The position numbers and the translations under genes are program-made. From the NCBI RefSeq assembly GCF_001194135.2, contig NC_068982.1:14587241-14623656 (forward strand): DNA of 36,416 nt, in the 5' to 3' direction. This stretch comes from Octopus bimaculoides. Taxonomy: Eukaryota. Of this stretch, positions 10,946 to 21,439 are shown piece after piece. The notes beneath the pieces were generated by a model that was not told the origin of the DNA, did not search any database, and saw only the letters and a program-made list of their open reading frames with translations. Each line of letters begins with the position of its first letter. The stretch's first letter is position 1.

Positions 10946-11482
10946 TGTGTGTAATCATTAAATTATATATTTATGCACATTATTGTGTTTTGCTATGCAT
11001 GTGGTCCTCTGGTCTATGGAAAAATTGTTTTGCATGAAATAGTCCGTAGTACAAAAACAAAAACAGTTGGTGGGAGGGGGTGCTAGTGTTAGGTATACAA
11101 TCATAAGATGTGGATTTTAAAACAAATATATTTCCAATAAAAATAGGATGACCACAGATTAAATGCATGTTTCCTGGCCAAGTTCACAAAATATGTAGGT
11201 TTGAGTAGAACTAACTGAGAATGCTCAACAAAGAGGTTAACAAAAAGAGCAGCAACAGCTCAGCAGGGATAACAGTTGTAACAACAATAATAACAAGAAT
11301 AAACTGTAAGTTAAGGTCCAGCTTAAAAAATGATTTTAATACTTTCAGCTATAAATCTGCTTAATGCTGGTTGAACAGGGACCAAACAACCACAGCAACA
11401 ACAACAAAACTTTTCAAAGAAATAACCTGCAACATGACAGGTTGTTGGTGGGCAATTGGTCGTTGGCATTGCATGGTATTCT

Positions 11483-11689
11483 CTTTTACTCTTTTACTAG
11501 TTTCAGTCATTTGACAGCAGCCATGCTGGAGCACCGCCTTTAGTCGAGTAAATCGACCCCAGGACTTATTCTTTGTACACCGAGTACTTATTCTATCGGG
11601 ACTCTTTTGCCAAACCGCTAAGTTACGGGGACATAAACACACCAGCATCAGTTGTCAAGCGATGTTAAGGAGACAAACACAGACACACA

Positions 11690-11749
<60 letters not shown>

Positions 11750-11927
11750 TATGTATATACATATATACGACGGGCTTCTTTCAGTTTCCGTCTACCAAAT
11801 CCACTCACAAGGCTTTGGTCGGCCTGAGGCTATAGGTAGAAGACACTTGCCCAAGGTGCCACACAGTAGGACTGAACCCAGAACCATGTGGTTGGTAAGC
11901 AAGCTACTTACCACACAACCACTCAGC
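11483..11927 (-). mobile_element. SINE family B, near full length, with internal (TA)n/(CA)n
   Basis: The minus head gagtggttgtgtggtaagtagcttgcttaccaaccacatggttctgggttcagtcc is followed by CORE-like ggcaccttgggcaagtgtcttcta. Same layout at 20463-20893 and 25588-25980. Confidence 0.85.
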
Positions 11928-11979
11928 TTGCTATGTACTCATCATGTGAGCAAATAAAAATACCTCCTTGTGATCACTA

Positions 11980-12310
11980 AAACAAAGACCCCCTTCAGTC
12001 ATAAATGATCATGGGATTGCACTTAGATAGTTCCCCTCTGAGGCACAAGTGCAGGCAGGGTTGTTTATAGAAGACAAGCAGTCGCTCTGGCATACCAGCC
12101 TTCCCTCTTCACTCCACTAATGTTATCCAAGGGAAAGGCAAGGGCCAATACAGCTTGGCAACTGTGATGTCGCAACTCATTTCTACAGCTGAGTGAACTG
12201 GAGCAATGTGAACTAAAGTGTCTTGCTCAAGAGCACAACACAGCCTTGTCTGGGAATCGAATTTACTACCTCGAGATTATGAGCCTGGTGCTCTAACTGC
12301 TGAGCCATGA
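11980..12310 (-). mobile_element. SINE family C variant with a different 3' half
   Basis: The minus strand has a tRNA head (catggctcagcagttagag...aattcgattccc), then cttgagcaagacactttagttcacattgctccagttcactcagctgtagaaatgagttgcgac. Confidence 0.8.
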
Positions 12311-12770
12311 AATGGCAGTCAAATTCCCTTCAAATGACTCACTAATATCCCCTGTTTTTTTTTAATAAAAAAATAAGAAGAAAAAAAAGGAAAGAAACAA
12401 TGGATAATGTAGTCCTAGATACATTATGCCTGTAAACAAAATTGGGATGGCCAGTGTTGAAACAGTTTTGGTTATATGTCTACTTTGTAGATATTGACCT
12501 GAGGGTAAATGGTGCCAAAGCCAATAACAAAATGCTCATCACTTATGTGACACTCTTGTCACTTATACAGATAATAGATGACACAGCCAGCTCAACTATT
12601 AATAAGTAGACACTGCAAATTATTAACAGTCAAGAATCTTTAGACATATTTCTATGGTGTTTCCACTTTAATATTTATATCTATATATGTAAGTGTGTGT
12701 GTTAATGCTTGTTTTTCTGATAAGTTATGATAAAAACAATTTTGGAGTACTCTAAACTTTTGTAGAGTAT

Positions 12771-12862
12771 AGTGATTTTGAAGTTTTGGCCATCCGGTTG
12801 GATGACGGCTTAACTGACTGAAACTTCGAAATCACTGTCAATAATATTCTTCTTTAAGAATA
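12771..12862. mobile_element. Second copy of the small palindromic MITE-like family
   Basis: agtgattttgaagttt...aaacttcgaaatcact is a 16-bp inverted repeat with 1 mismatch. The right flank cactgtcaataatattctt matches the arm of the 361-500 element. Confidence 0.6.
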
Positions 12863-12923
12863 TTATATATATATATCATCATCATCATCATCATCATCAT
12901 TTAATATCTGCTTTCCATGCTGG

Positions 12924-12960
<37 letters not shown>

Positions 12961-13219
12961 AGAGTTGATGCTTCAACCTACCAGGGAGTATTCTGAAGAT
13001 TAGTCTGTTAGTTAAATTACTGTACATTTATATATATATATTTATATATATATATGGGTGTACGTATATATATATATTTATATATATATATGGGTGTATT
13101 TATATATATATATGTATATTTTGTATATGTGCAAATGGTGATATGATATGATTATGAAACAGCTGTAAACTAATGGAATAAATGTCTATTCTCTCACTTC
13201 ACTTCTCTTATCTGATCAA

Positions 13220-13228
13220 TGTGTGTGT

Positions 13229-13286
<58 letters not shown>
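13220..13286. repeat. (TG)n microsatellite; similar (TG)/(CA) tracts at ~582-700, 3919-4015, 14085-14143, 21297-21440 and 24979-25060
   Basis: Direct reading. Confidence 0.97.
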
Positions 13287-13290
<4 letters not shown>

Positions 13291-14084
13291 CTAAACTGAA
13301 AACAATAAAAATTGATTTTTTTTTCTTTTCATTGCATCTAAATTGAATTCGAATTTCAGCTCAATTTTCACTTTTAGGTTTAGAATCATCTCCCATCATT
13401 TTCAGCTTAGGTCAAAAATATTAGTTTTATCTCAGTTTGACATTTCAAGAAAAAAAAAACAAAAAAAGTAACATAAAATAAAATAATTAAAAAAAAAATT
13501 TATAAATAAAAACACTTCTCTGTTAGTAATACCGCAATGTCCAACACTTTAATTATTCAATGCATTATATTTCCAATATAGAAAATAGCAGAAAACTAAA
13601 AAATATTATCAAAGTCTTTTTTCCAATTGTATTATGACATTATGATATCTGAATATTCAATTATGCAATGGTCGGTTCACATAACACCTTAATGAAATAC
13701 AGCAGATTTTGAGAAGAAAAAGGAATAATATTGATTTATTTTTCCCAACTGGTAAAATAAACTGCAGCCAGTTATAGCTGGTAATTTATGAAGTATCCAT
13801 GTCGTTGAAGAGGACTTTTCTACTGTTATCACATGAATATGGGGAATATAATGTATAGAGGCTTTTTATTTCCATTAATAGCTTTAGTTTGCTTCCATAC
13901 ACTCTTGACATGTAGCACTGTGTGTGTGTCTCTGTGTGTGTGTGTGTATGGTCTCCTTTGGTTATGAACTCCTTTCCTTCTTCATGATAAGAAACATGTA
14001 AGGAGGAAAACAACCAACAATCAAAGACTACACACACACACACACAAATACTTGAACACATTCACACACACGTGTGTGTGCGTG

Positions 14085-14143
<59 letters not shown>

Positions 14144-14146
<3 letters not shown>

Positions 14147-14358
14147 GGCATGTGGCTTAGTGGTTAGGGCATTTGGTTCATGATCGTAAGGTCATGAGTT
14201 CAATTCCCGGTGACATGTATCCTTGAGCAAGACACTTTATTTCACATTGCTCCAGTTCACTCAGCNNNNNNNNNNCACAACGCGTCGCCTGGTCCAGGAA
14301 TCAAAACCACAATCTTACGATCATGGTGTTGACACCCTAACCACTAAGACATGCACCT
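14144..14358. mobile_element. Two SINE family C heads in opposite orientation (14144-14265 +, 14276-14358 -) separated by a 10-N gap
   Basis: gtggcttagtggttagg...gagttcaattccc on the plus strand, and its reverse complement ...ggaatcaaaacc...ctaaccactaagacatgc. Confidence 0.75.
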
Positions 14359-14425
14359 CCACTATATATATGTGCATATATATATATATGTGTGTATACA
14401 TATATATATTTATATGTGCATATAT

Positions 14426-14468
<43 letters not shown>

Positions 14469-14914
14469 NNNNNNNNNNNNNNNNNNNNNNNNNNNNNNNN
14501 NNNNNNNNNNNNNNNNNNNNNNNNNNNNNNNNNNNNNNNNNNNNNNNNNNNNNNNNNNNNNNNNNNNNNNNNNNNNNNNNNNNNNNNNNNNNNNNNNNNN
14601 NNNNNNNNNNNNNNNNNNNNNNNNNNNNNNNNNNNNNNNNNNNNNNNNNNNNNNNNNNNNNNNNNNNNNNNNNNNNNNNNNNNNNNNNNNNNNNNNNNNN
14701 NNNNNNNNNNNNNNNNNNNNNNNNNNNNNNNNNNNNNNNNNNNNNNNNNNNNNNNNNNNNNNNNNNNNNNNNNNNNNNNNNNNNNNNNNNNNNNNNNNNN
14801 NNNNNNNNNNNNNNNNNNNNNNNNNNNNNNNNNNNNNNNATATATATATATATATAAGCATGTGTGAGTATAAGTGTGTATGTATTGCTGTCAGGTAAAA
14901 AGCACATGTGCTAG

Positions 14915-15170
14915 TATCTTGTTAAAAGCACCCAGTACACTCTTTAAAGTGACTGGCATTAGCAAGGGAACCCAACCATAGAAACGAAGCCAAAACAGAC
15001 AATGCTATGCTATTAAGCCTGGTGCAGTCACTGCTCTTACCAGCTCCTGTCAAACCATTCAACACAATACCAGCATGGAAAACAGACGTTAAATGATGAC
15101 AAAGATGATAATGATAATGATGACAACAATGATGATGATGACGACGGTGATTACGATGATGATGATATAC
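14915..15170 (+). mobile_element. Family D (RTE-type) 3' end, diverged
   Basis: aaaagcacccagtacactc...ccagcatggaaaacagacgttaaatgatg and a degenerate (GAT)n tail. Confidence 0.75.
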
Positions 15171-15488
15171 AAAAGTGTATGTGTGTGTGTGTGCGTACAC
15201 GTATGCATGCCTGTATGCATGTGTGTGTCTGTGTGTGTGAATGTGTGTGTATGTGTGTGTGTGTGTGTGTTTATGCAGCACACATATAACGTACATTGTC
15301 ATGGGTTATATCATTAATTTATCCTCGTTTCTATCATTTTATCATAATGAGATATATTTGTTCCAAGCATTTAAAAGCATCTTTAGACCTTTAACAGAAA
15401 TAAAAGCTTGAACTCATTAAAAATGAATCAGTTCATAATACAAGAAACTGAACATTAGATGTTAAGTGCCTGAAACCTACCTCTCTGG

Positions 15489-15725
15489 TGTCATAACGAC
15501 CTCACCTGATTTATCTCTTGACATTAAAAATCTTTGACACAAATTAGCTCAACTGAAGACTCTCATTCGAAATTTATTTAATCGTTAATATTAATACGAA
15601 CAAGATTTTGAATCCGTTGCACTTCAAGTTCCGGAGGTAAATATCTCTGTGGTCTAATGTCATGATAACCTCGTTTGATTTAATTCCTAGCACTGTTCTT
15701 TTGACACGAAGGAGCTCAGCTGAAA
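15489..15725. repeat. Diverged direct repeat, two ~68-bp units 169 bp apart (15489 and 15658)
   Basis: Shared blocks in the same order: TGTCAT, ACCTC, TGATTTA, TTTGACAC, AGCTCA-CTGAA. Confidence 0.7.
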
Positions 15726-16039
15726 TCCAACTCTGGCAGTTTAGTAAATGTATGAGAAAAAGCCTTTGATATCATTACAAATAAGACATGAAATTCTTAT
15801 TGTCTCATTTGAAGAGCAATTAAAAAAAAAAGACATTTTGTTTCATTTAAAAACATTATGGAACTTAATGGTTTATAATATTTGCTTATTTGAGGAAGAT
15901 AAATCAACAGATTCATGGATAATGTTATATTCTAGCAGCTCTTTATCATAACTTAATGAAGCAGAAATAAAATATTTTTAAGAAAAAAATGAGAAATAAT
16001 GTTTGATAAAACCCATTTGAATAATAATAATTATTATTA

Positions 16040-16262
16040 TCTTTTCTACTATAGGTACAAGGCCTGGAATTTTGGGGAGAGATGGTGGTGGTGGTGGTGG
16101 GGGGGCTAATGGATTACCTCAGTGCTTAAACTGGTACTTATTTTATCCACCCCAGAAGTATGAAATACAAAGTTAACATTGGCAGGAATTGAACTCAGAA
16201 TATAAAGCTGGAAGAAATGCTGCTAAGCATTTTGTCCAGAGTGCTAACGAGTCAGCCATCTT
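16040..16262 (-). mobile_element. SINE family A copy, diverged
   Basis: ctactataggtacaaggcctggaattt...ggaattgaactcagaat...gaaatgctgctaagcattttgtcc. Confidence 0.75.
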
Positions 16263-16279
16263 GCTGCCTTGATAACAAT

Positions 16280-16412
16280 ATCACCATGTCACGCACATAT
16301 GGTTGTGATGCAGGTACCTGGTATTCCCTTATCAGATGGGTAATCATTACAGGTGTATTGAGCTTCGTATATTTTACCCCAGTGACACTTCAGTGGCATG
16401 CACTACTCTCTC
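16280..16412 (+). mobile_element. 3' end of an (AAT)n-tailed interspersed repeat (family F)
   Basis: atcaccatgtcacgcacatatggttgtgatgcaggtacctgg also occurs at ~36155-36196. This copy continues to ...gcatgcactactctctc(AAT)n. Confidence 0.65.
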
Positions 16413-16465
16413 AATAATAATAATAATAATAATAATAATTTTTCTTTATTTCTTTATCTTTATCA

Positions 16466-16931
<466 letters not shown>

Positions 16932-16947
16932 TTGTTAATAATTATAT

Positions 16948-17185
16948 TGTCTTTGCACAGCTTGTAACACTGGAGATGTACTACAGTGTCAGCTGTTCAC
17001 TACCAATGAACATAGGTAACACCCTTTATGTTTTGAGCACCTTCCAGACTATTCAAGCGGTTCCAAGCAGTGCTGTTTTCTGCACGTGCTCCACCCTTAT
17101 TGCAGCCCCTATTTGTTCCATATACTTCTCAAGATTTTTACTCACTGTTCCCAGGTCTCCGACAATTATTGGTACTACTACCACC
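16948..17185 (-). mobile_element. R4/Dong-like RLE 3' fragment, copy B
   Basis: Minus VVVVPIIVGDLGTVSKNLEKYMEQIGAAIRVEHVQKTALLGTA*IVWKVL plus a 3' UTR ending ctgtgcaaagaca; bounded by AAT/ATT tracts; highly similar to copy C. Confidence 0.85.
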
Positions 17186-17203
17186 TTATTATTATTATTA
17201 TTA

Positions 17204-17241
<38 letters not shown>

Positions 17242-17658
17242 GCCTTTGCACAGCTTCTAGTGCTGGATATGTACTACGGTACCAGCTGTTCACTACCAGT
17301 GAACTAAGGTAACACCCCTTATTTTTCAAGCACCATCCGGAGTATTCGAGTGGATCCAAGCAGTGCTGTTTTCTGCAAGTACTCCACCCTTATTGCAGCC
17401 CCTATTTGTCCCATGTACTTCTCAAGATTTTTGCTCACTGTTCCCAAGGCTCCGACAATTATTGGTACTACTACCACCTTTTTCAGCGACCACAACTGCT
17501 TCACCTCCCAAGCTAACCTGTCATATCTATCGACTTTCCTTTCTTCCTTATCGCATACCTTGTTGTCAGCTGGGCATGTTATATCAATGATCCAGCATCG
17601 TTTGCTTTCTTTCTCAATTAACACTATGCCTGGTTTCCTATTTTCTATCTCATGGTTG

Positions 17659-17660
<2 letters not shown>
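17242..17660 (-). mobile_element. R4/Dong-like RLE 3' fragment, copy C
   Basis: NHEIENRKPGIVLIEKESKRCWIIDITCPADNKVCDKEERKVDRYDRLAWEVKQLWSLKKVVVVPIIVGALGTVSKNLEKYMGQIGAAIRVEYLQKTALLGSTRILRMVLEK*. This is a PD-(D/E)xK RLE layout ((K/R)PD changed to KPG). (ATT)n lies on both sides. Confidence 0.9.
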
Positions 17661-17693
<33 letters not shown>

Positions 17694-18104
17694 TGCACAT
17701 AAGCCCATGTAATGAATTTATTTATTTTCTTGGAAATATTGATTTCTCCCATTGGATGAAGGGTACAAACTGAAGAGGAGAGGTATAGTTGATTGACCCA
17801 ACCCATATATATATGACTGGTACTCAATTATTGATTATCCGAGATGGTAAAAGTAAAGCTGACTATAGTAAAAAAAGCGAAGTATTTAGTTGGTTCCCTC
17901 ATGATAGAAAATTCAATGTTGGAAAGATGGGCTTTCCCACTTGCTGGTTAGTGAACAGGAAATGTACCCTTTCAGACACAACTGGAATTGTTCATAGGTA
18001 GATAATCTACTGTTTCTCCCAGAAGGGGTTTTTGCTTCAAAGAATTTTGCTTCAGGGTTTTTTTTTTTTACCACCCTGCTGACAAAGATTATATTTTTAC
18101 CTCC

Positions 18105-18178
18105 ATATGCCCGTGAGTGTAGTGGTTAAGAGCACGGGCTACTAACCCCAAGATTCCGAGTTCGATTCCAAGCAGTGA

Positions 18179-18260
<82 letters not shown>

Positions 18261-18411
18261 AACATCAAAAAATACCTTAGAAATGAAAACCCACACAGGA
18301 AATTTCCCCAAGACACCTGATGAAGGCTGGAGGGTATATCAGCCGAAACGTTGTGTTAACAACAAACAAGATGAGGACAAATATCTGTCAAATGTCAATA
18401 ATGTAAATAAT
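18105..18411 (+). mobile_element. tRNA-headed SINE-like element with an internal (AAT)n(GAT)n tract and a Penelope-like 3' part
   Basis: A box gtgtagtggttaag, anticodon-like arm ggg-ctactaa-ccc, B box gagttcgattcc, microsatellite 18183-18260, then a cctgatgaaggctgg...cagccgaaacgttg motif. Confidence 0.75.
18312..18357 (+). ncRNA. Putative minimal type I hammerhead ribozyme (Penelope-like-element type)
   Basis: Stem I acac(18313-16)/gtgt(18353-56); core CUGAUGA 18317-23 plus an extra A; stem II ggctg(18325-29)/cagcc(18340-44); GAAA 18345-48; palindromic ACGU helix III without a loop; predicted cleavage after U18352. Confidence 0.7.
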
Positions 18412-18445
18412 CTAGATTAGCATGTCTGCAGACAAGTTAGTGTGC

Positions 18446-18739
18446 CAGCTTGGCCAGTACTGTCTGGCATGTTTCTGCTCAAGCCGCAAGCCTCGCAGCA
18501 GAGCTTAGCTCAATGTGGTGCCAGCACTTGCAGCTGGCATTCAGCTTGATGACAACTGCCTGTGCATGGGTCTTTCGCAGAGGCTTGGTCTCCAGATCTG
18601 TGAACCTTGTAAATGCCGCTGCAGATCTACTGTGGATTCTTTCAGCCTCCACTCACTGTCCTGCTGTCATAGTGCTGGCTGCCTTCCATGCCACGCTACC
18701 CTTAACAAGATCATAAAGCATGGTCTAGGTGCTGCAGAC
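18446..18739 (+). mobile_element. CRE-clade-like non-LTR retrotransposon fragment (zinc-knuckle region upstream of RLE), pseudogenised
   Basis: QLGQYCLACF...RA*LNVVPALAAGIQLDDNCLCMGLSQRLGLQICEPCKCRCRSTVDSFSLHSLSCCHSAGCLPCHATLNKIIKHGLGAA resembles the CRE pattern GAWLNAxP...L.D.......LRLG..IC.PH.C.CG..VD..G.H.L.C....GR..RH..LN.II. TGG is changed to TAG at the conserved W. Confidence 0.75.
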
Positions 18740-18744
18740 TTATA

Positions 18745-19148
18745 CAAGTTAATGTGGGGAAAACAAGGTAGAAATTTTGAAAGAAATATTTATAACACTA
18801 GTTTTTAAACATCAAATGGCTAGGTTGGGGGGCACCAGGATAAAAATAGTAACCAAAGGGGATCCATGCAAGCAAAATAGTAAATTGAGGATCCACAAGT
18901 AGTACTTTAAGTGTCCATAAAAAAAAATTGTTACTTTGGATGTGTTTATTGCAAGAAACAGCTGAGGTTTCTGTCTTTAGCATTTTACATAATTCAACAT
19001 ACACCAGTTAATGTGTGAAAAACAAGATAGAAATTCAAAAGAAGGATCTATAAAACTAGTTTTTAAACATTGAATGGCTATGGAGGTCCACCGGAATAAA
19101 ATAGTAATCAAAGAGGTCCATAGATGAAATAATGGTCGAGACTCGCTG
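18745..19148. repeat. Two diverged direct-repeat units (~120 bp, offset 259); the second ends in a hAT-like terminus
   Basis: c(a/c)agttaatgtg..gaaaacaag.tagaaatt...actagtttttaaacat..aatggcta...aaaatagtaa.caaag.gg at 18745 and 19004. The end ggtcgagactcgctg resembles the reverse complement of CAGTGGTTCTCAACC-type hAT TIRs. Confidence 0.55.
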
Positions 19149-19199
19149 CTCTACACTGTCTCCACACTAATAAATATATTCTTTTCCTTGCCACTTCAA

Positions 19200-20100
19200 T
19201 GCATGTCTCTGTATTTGTGGGTGTTTGTAATATTCACTTTTTTCCCGATAGCTTGCTAAAACAGTGATCAATAACGCAAACAGATGTGTACATATAGTTG
19301 ACACACAGAAAAACGAAAATAAACATTTTGTTGTAAGAAAAATCATTTTGTATTTAATCAAAATATTGTTTTAGTAAAATTATTTGTTAAAAATCATCTG
19401 AAGTTTGGGTGTTTTTTTCTTTCATTTTTTTTTTTAAAGTTCGTTTTAACAATTAACAAAAAGTTAGTTTCTTTCTTATACGTGGAGAAAATTTTCGAAA
19501 TAGTTATTAAAAGATGGCATGAAACTGCACAAGAAATGTTAATTTACCAGCAGAGTTTGTCCTTCATTAAATTAAATGACCTTGAAAATGTTTGACATGT
19601 TCTTCCTTGATAGGGATACAAATTTATGAAAATGCTGGCCATTTCGTCTCCACTGGAGTGAATTTAAGTCATGAGAGGGTCAAAAGCAACTGTTAAAGCA
19701 GTTTCTAAACAGAAAATTATTTCGTTTTTAAAAAAATTTTTTTAAATAAAATTTTGTTTTGTTTAGCAAACAATTATTGCTACATGGGTTTCTTAGAATT
19801 TCCATTAATCTTTCAAACTGCAAATCTCTTAAATTTGGAACAGTTTGAACCTGATATCAATAAACTGAAAAAACTAATGATGTTCAAATTCACTGATATA
19901 AAGGAAAGATCAGGAAACACCAAAGACTATAACAGAGCAGTGTATCTCTTAATATGTAATCAGTCCAAAGTTAGGTTACACACACACACACACACTAACA
20001 CACAAGGAGTTGGTTTAAATAAATAAATAAATAAATAGATAAATAAATAGTTAAATAAATATATAAATAAATAAATAAACAGTCCAACAGTTCAAGAGAT
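19200..20100 (-). other. Probable 3' UTR of the minus-strand gene (distal end uncertain)
   Basis: Unique AT-rich sequence directly downstream of the TAG at 20103-20101. The polyadenylation site was not identified. Confidence 0.45.
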
Positions 20101-20272
20101 CTAGTTGAAGAGCAAGTCATTGTACTGACTAAGCAGACTAACAATGCTGGTGTTGTAGTTAATGGTCGTTCTCACAACTCTCTTCTTGTCAGCACGTTCA
20201 AAGTTTGATTTGACCATCTCGTAATATTCACCATCACTTAAAGTTATGGATCGAAGGTGTGGGCAACGCAGT
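20101..20272 (-). CDS. Terminal coding exon of an F-box/LRR-like (cysteine-containing LRR) protein
   Basis: Strong acceptor ctctctctttttctctctttttcag|A. 172 nt = 1 nt + 57 codons: LRCPHLRSITLSDGEYYEMVKSNFERADKKRVVRTTINYNTSIVSLLSQYNDLLFN*. Phase 2 matches the upstream exon (CG|A = Arg). CPxLxxITL is an LRR-like motif. The family label is from memory of similar invertebrate proteins. Confidence 0.88.
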
Positions 20273-20462
20273 CTGAAAAAGAGAGAAAAAGAGAGAGAGA
20301 GAGAGAGAGAGCATCCATGAATAAGACATTGGGAAATTTCCTTAACAATACATTCTTTATTTATTGAAGTTCAAGTTTGCTAGTACTATAATGATTTTTG
20401 CCAATATTCATATTAACCCTTTCGTTAATTAACATGCAAGTGGCTGAGTACTCCACAGACAC

Positions 20463-20679
20463 TATTTTATTTGTTTCAGTCATTTGACTGTGGCCATGCT
20501 GGAGCACCGCCTTTAGTCGAACAAATCAACCCCAGGACTTATTCTTTGTAAGCCTAGTACTTATTCTAACAGTCTCTTTTGCCGAACTGCTAAGTTACGG
20601 GGGACATGAACATGCCAACAGTGGTTGTCAAGCAACAGTGAGGAGACACACAGTCACAGACACACACAGATGCACATGC

Positions 20680-20711
<32 letters not shown>

Positions 20712-20725
20712 ACAGACGCAGCACA

Positions 20726-20758
<33 letters not shown>

Positions 20759-20893
20759 GACGGGCTTCTTTCAGTTTCTGTCTACCAGATGCACTCAAAA
20801 GGGTTTGGTCGACCAGAGGCTATACTAGAAGACACTTGCCCAAGGTGCCACGCAGTGGGACTGAACCTGGAACCATGTGACTGGTAAGCAAGC
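20463..20893 (-). mobile_element. SINE family B, near full length (last intron)
   Basis: Same sequence layout as 11483-11927. Confidence 0.85.
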
Positions 20894-20924
20894 TACTTAC
20901 CACCCAGCCACAGCCCTAATATAT

Positions 20925-21126
20925 TTCTCAGGGAGATTCTGTATGACACAAAATGTGACAAGGTTGGCCCTTTTGGATCACAGGTACGACTCATTTTGGC
21001 CAGCTGAAAGGACTGGAGCAACGTGAAATAGAGTGTCCTGCTCAAGGACACAATGCACCACTGGGAATTGAACTCGCAATCACAAGATTATGAGCCAAAT
21101 AACCTAACCACTAAGCCACATGCCTT
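20925..21126 (-). mobile_element. SINE family C copy (last intron)
   Basis: acacaaaatgtgacaaggttggcccttttgg...gtgtcctgctcaaggacacaatgc...ctaaccactaagccacatgcc. Confidence 0.75.
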
Positions 21127-21439
21127 TACTTTCTTATTAATATCCTCATCATCATCATCATCATCATCATCACATCAGCATCTATACAATGAATAACTAT
21201 GGAGACTCTATGCAGTTGCTTGACATATGAGAAATAGCAGGCAAATCTCCTTCAGATCATACCCTAATAGATGGAAACTGAACAAAAGTCATCCTCTGTG
21301 TGTGTGTGTGTGTGCGTGTGTTTGTGTGTGTGCACGTGCGTGTGTCTTTGTGTGTGTGTGTCTTTGTGTGTGTGTGTGTGTGTGCGTGTGTGTATGCGCA
21401 CATATGCATGTGTGTGTGTGTGCGTGTGCGTGTGTCTTT

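Noticed and set aside
14144-14358. Inverted SINE heads as a natural foldback
   Set aside because: The junction is a 10-N scaffold gap, so adjacency and orientation may be an assembly artefact.
18105-18180. Functional tRNA-Ser gene
   Set aside because: It has A and B boxes but no paired acceptor stem or T-arm closure and no Pol III terminator; it is a SINE head.
19735-19868. Minus frame VQTVPNLRDLQFERLMEILRNP after an AG
   Set aside because: It lies downstream of the gene's stop codon in the probable 3' UTR, and there is no evidence for an alternative terminal exon.
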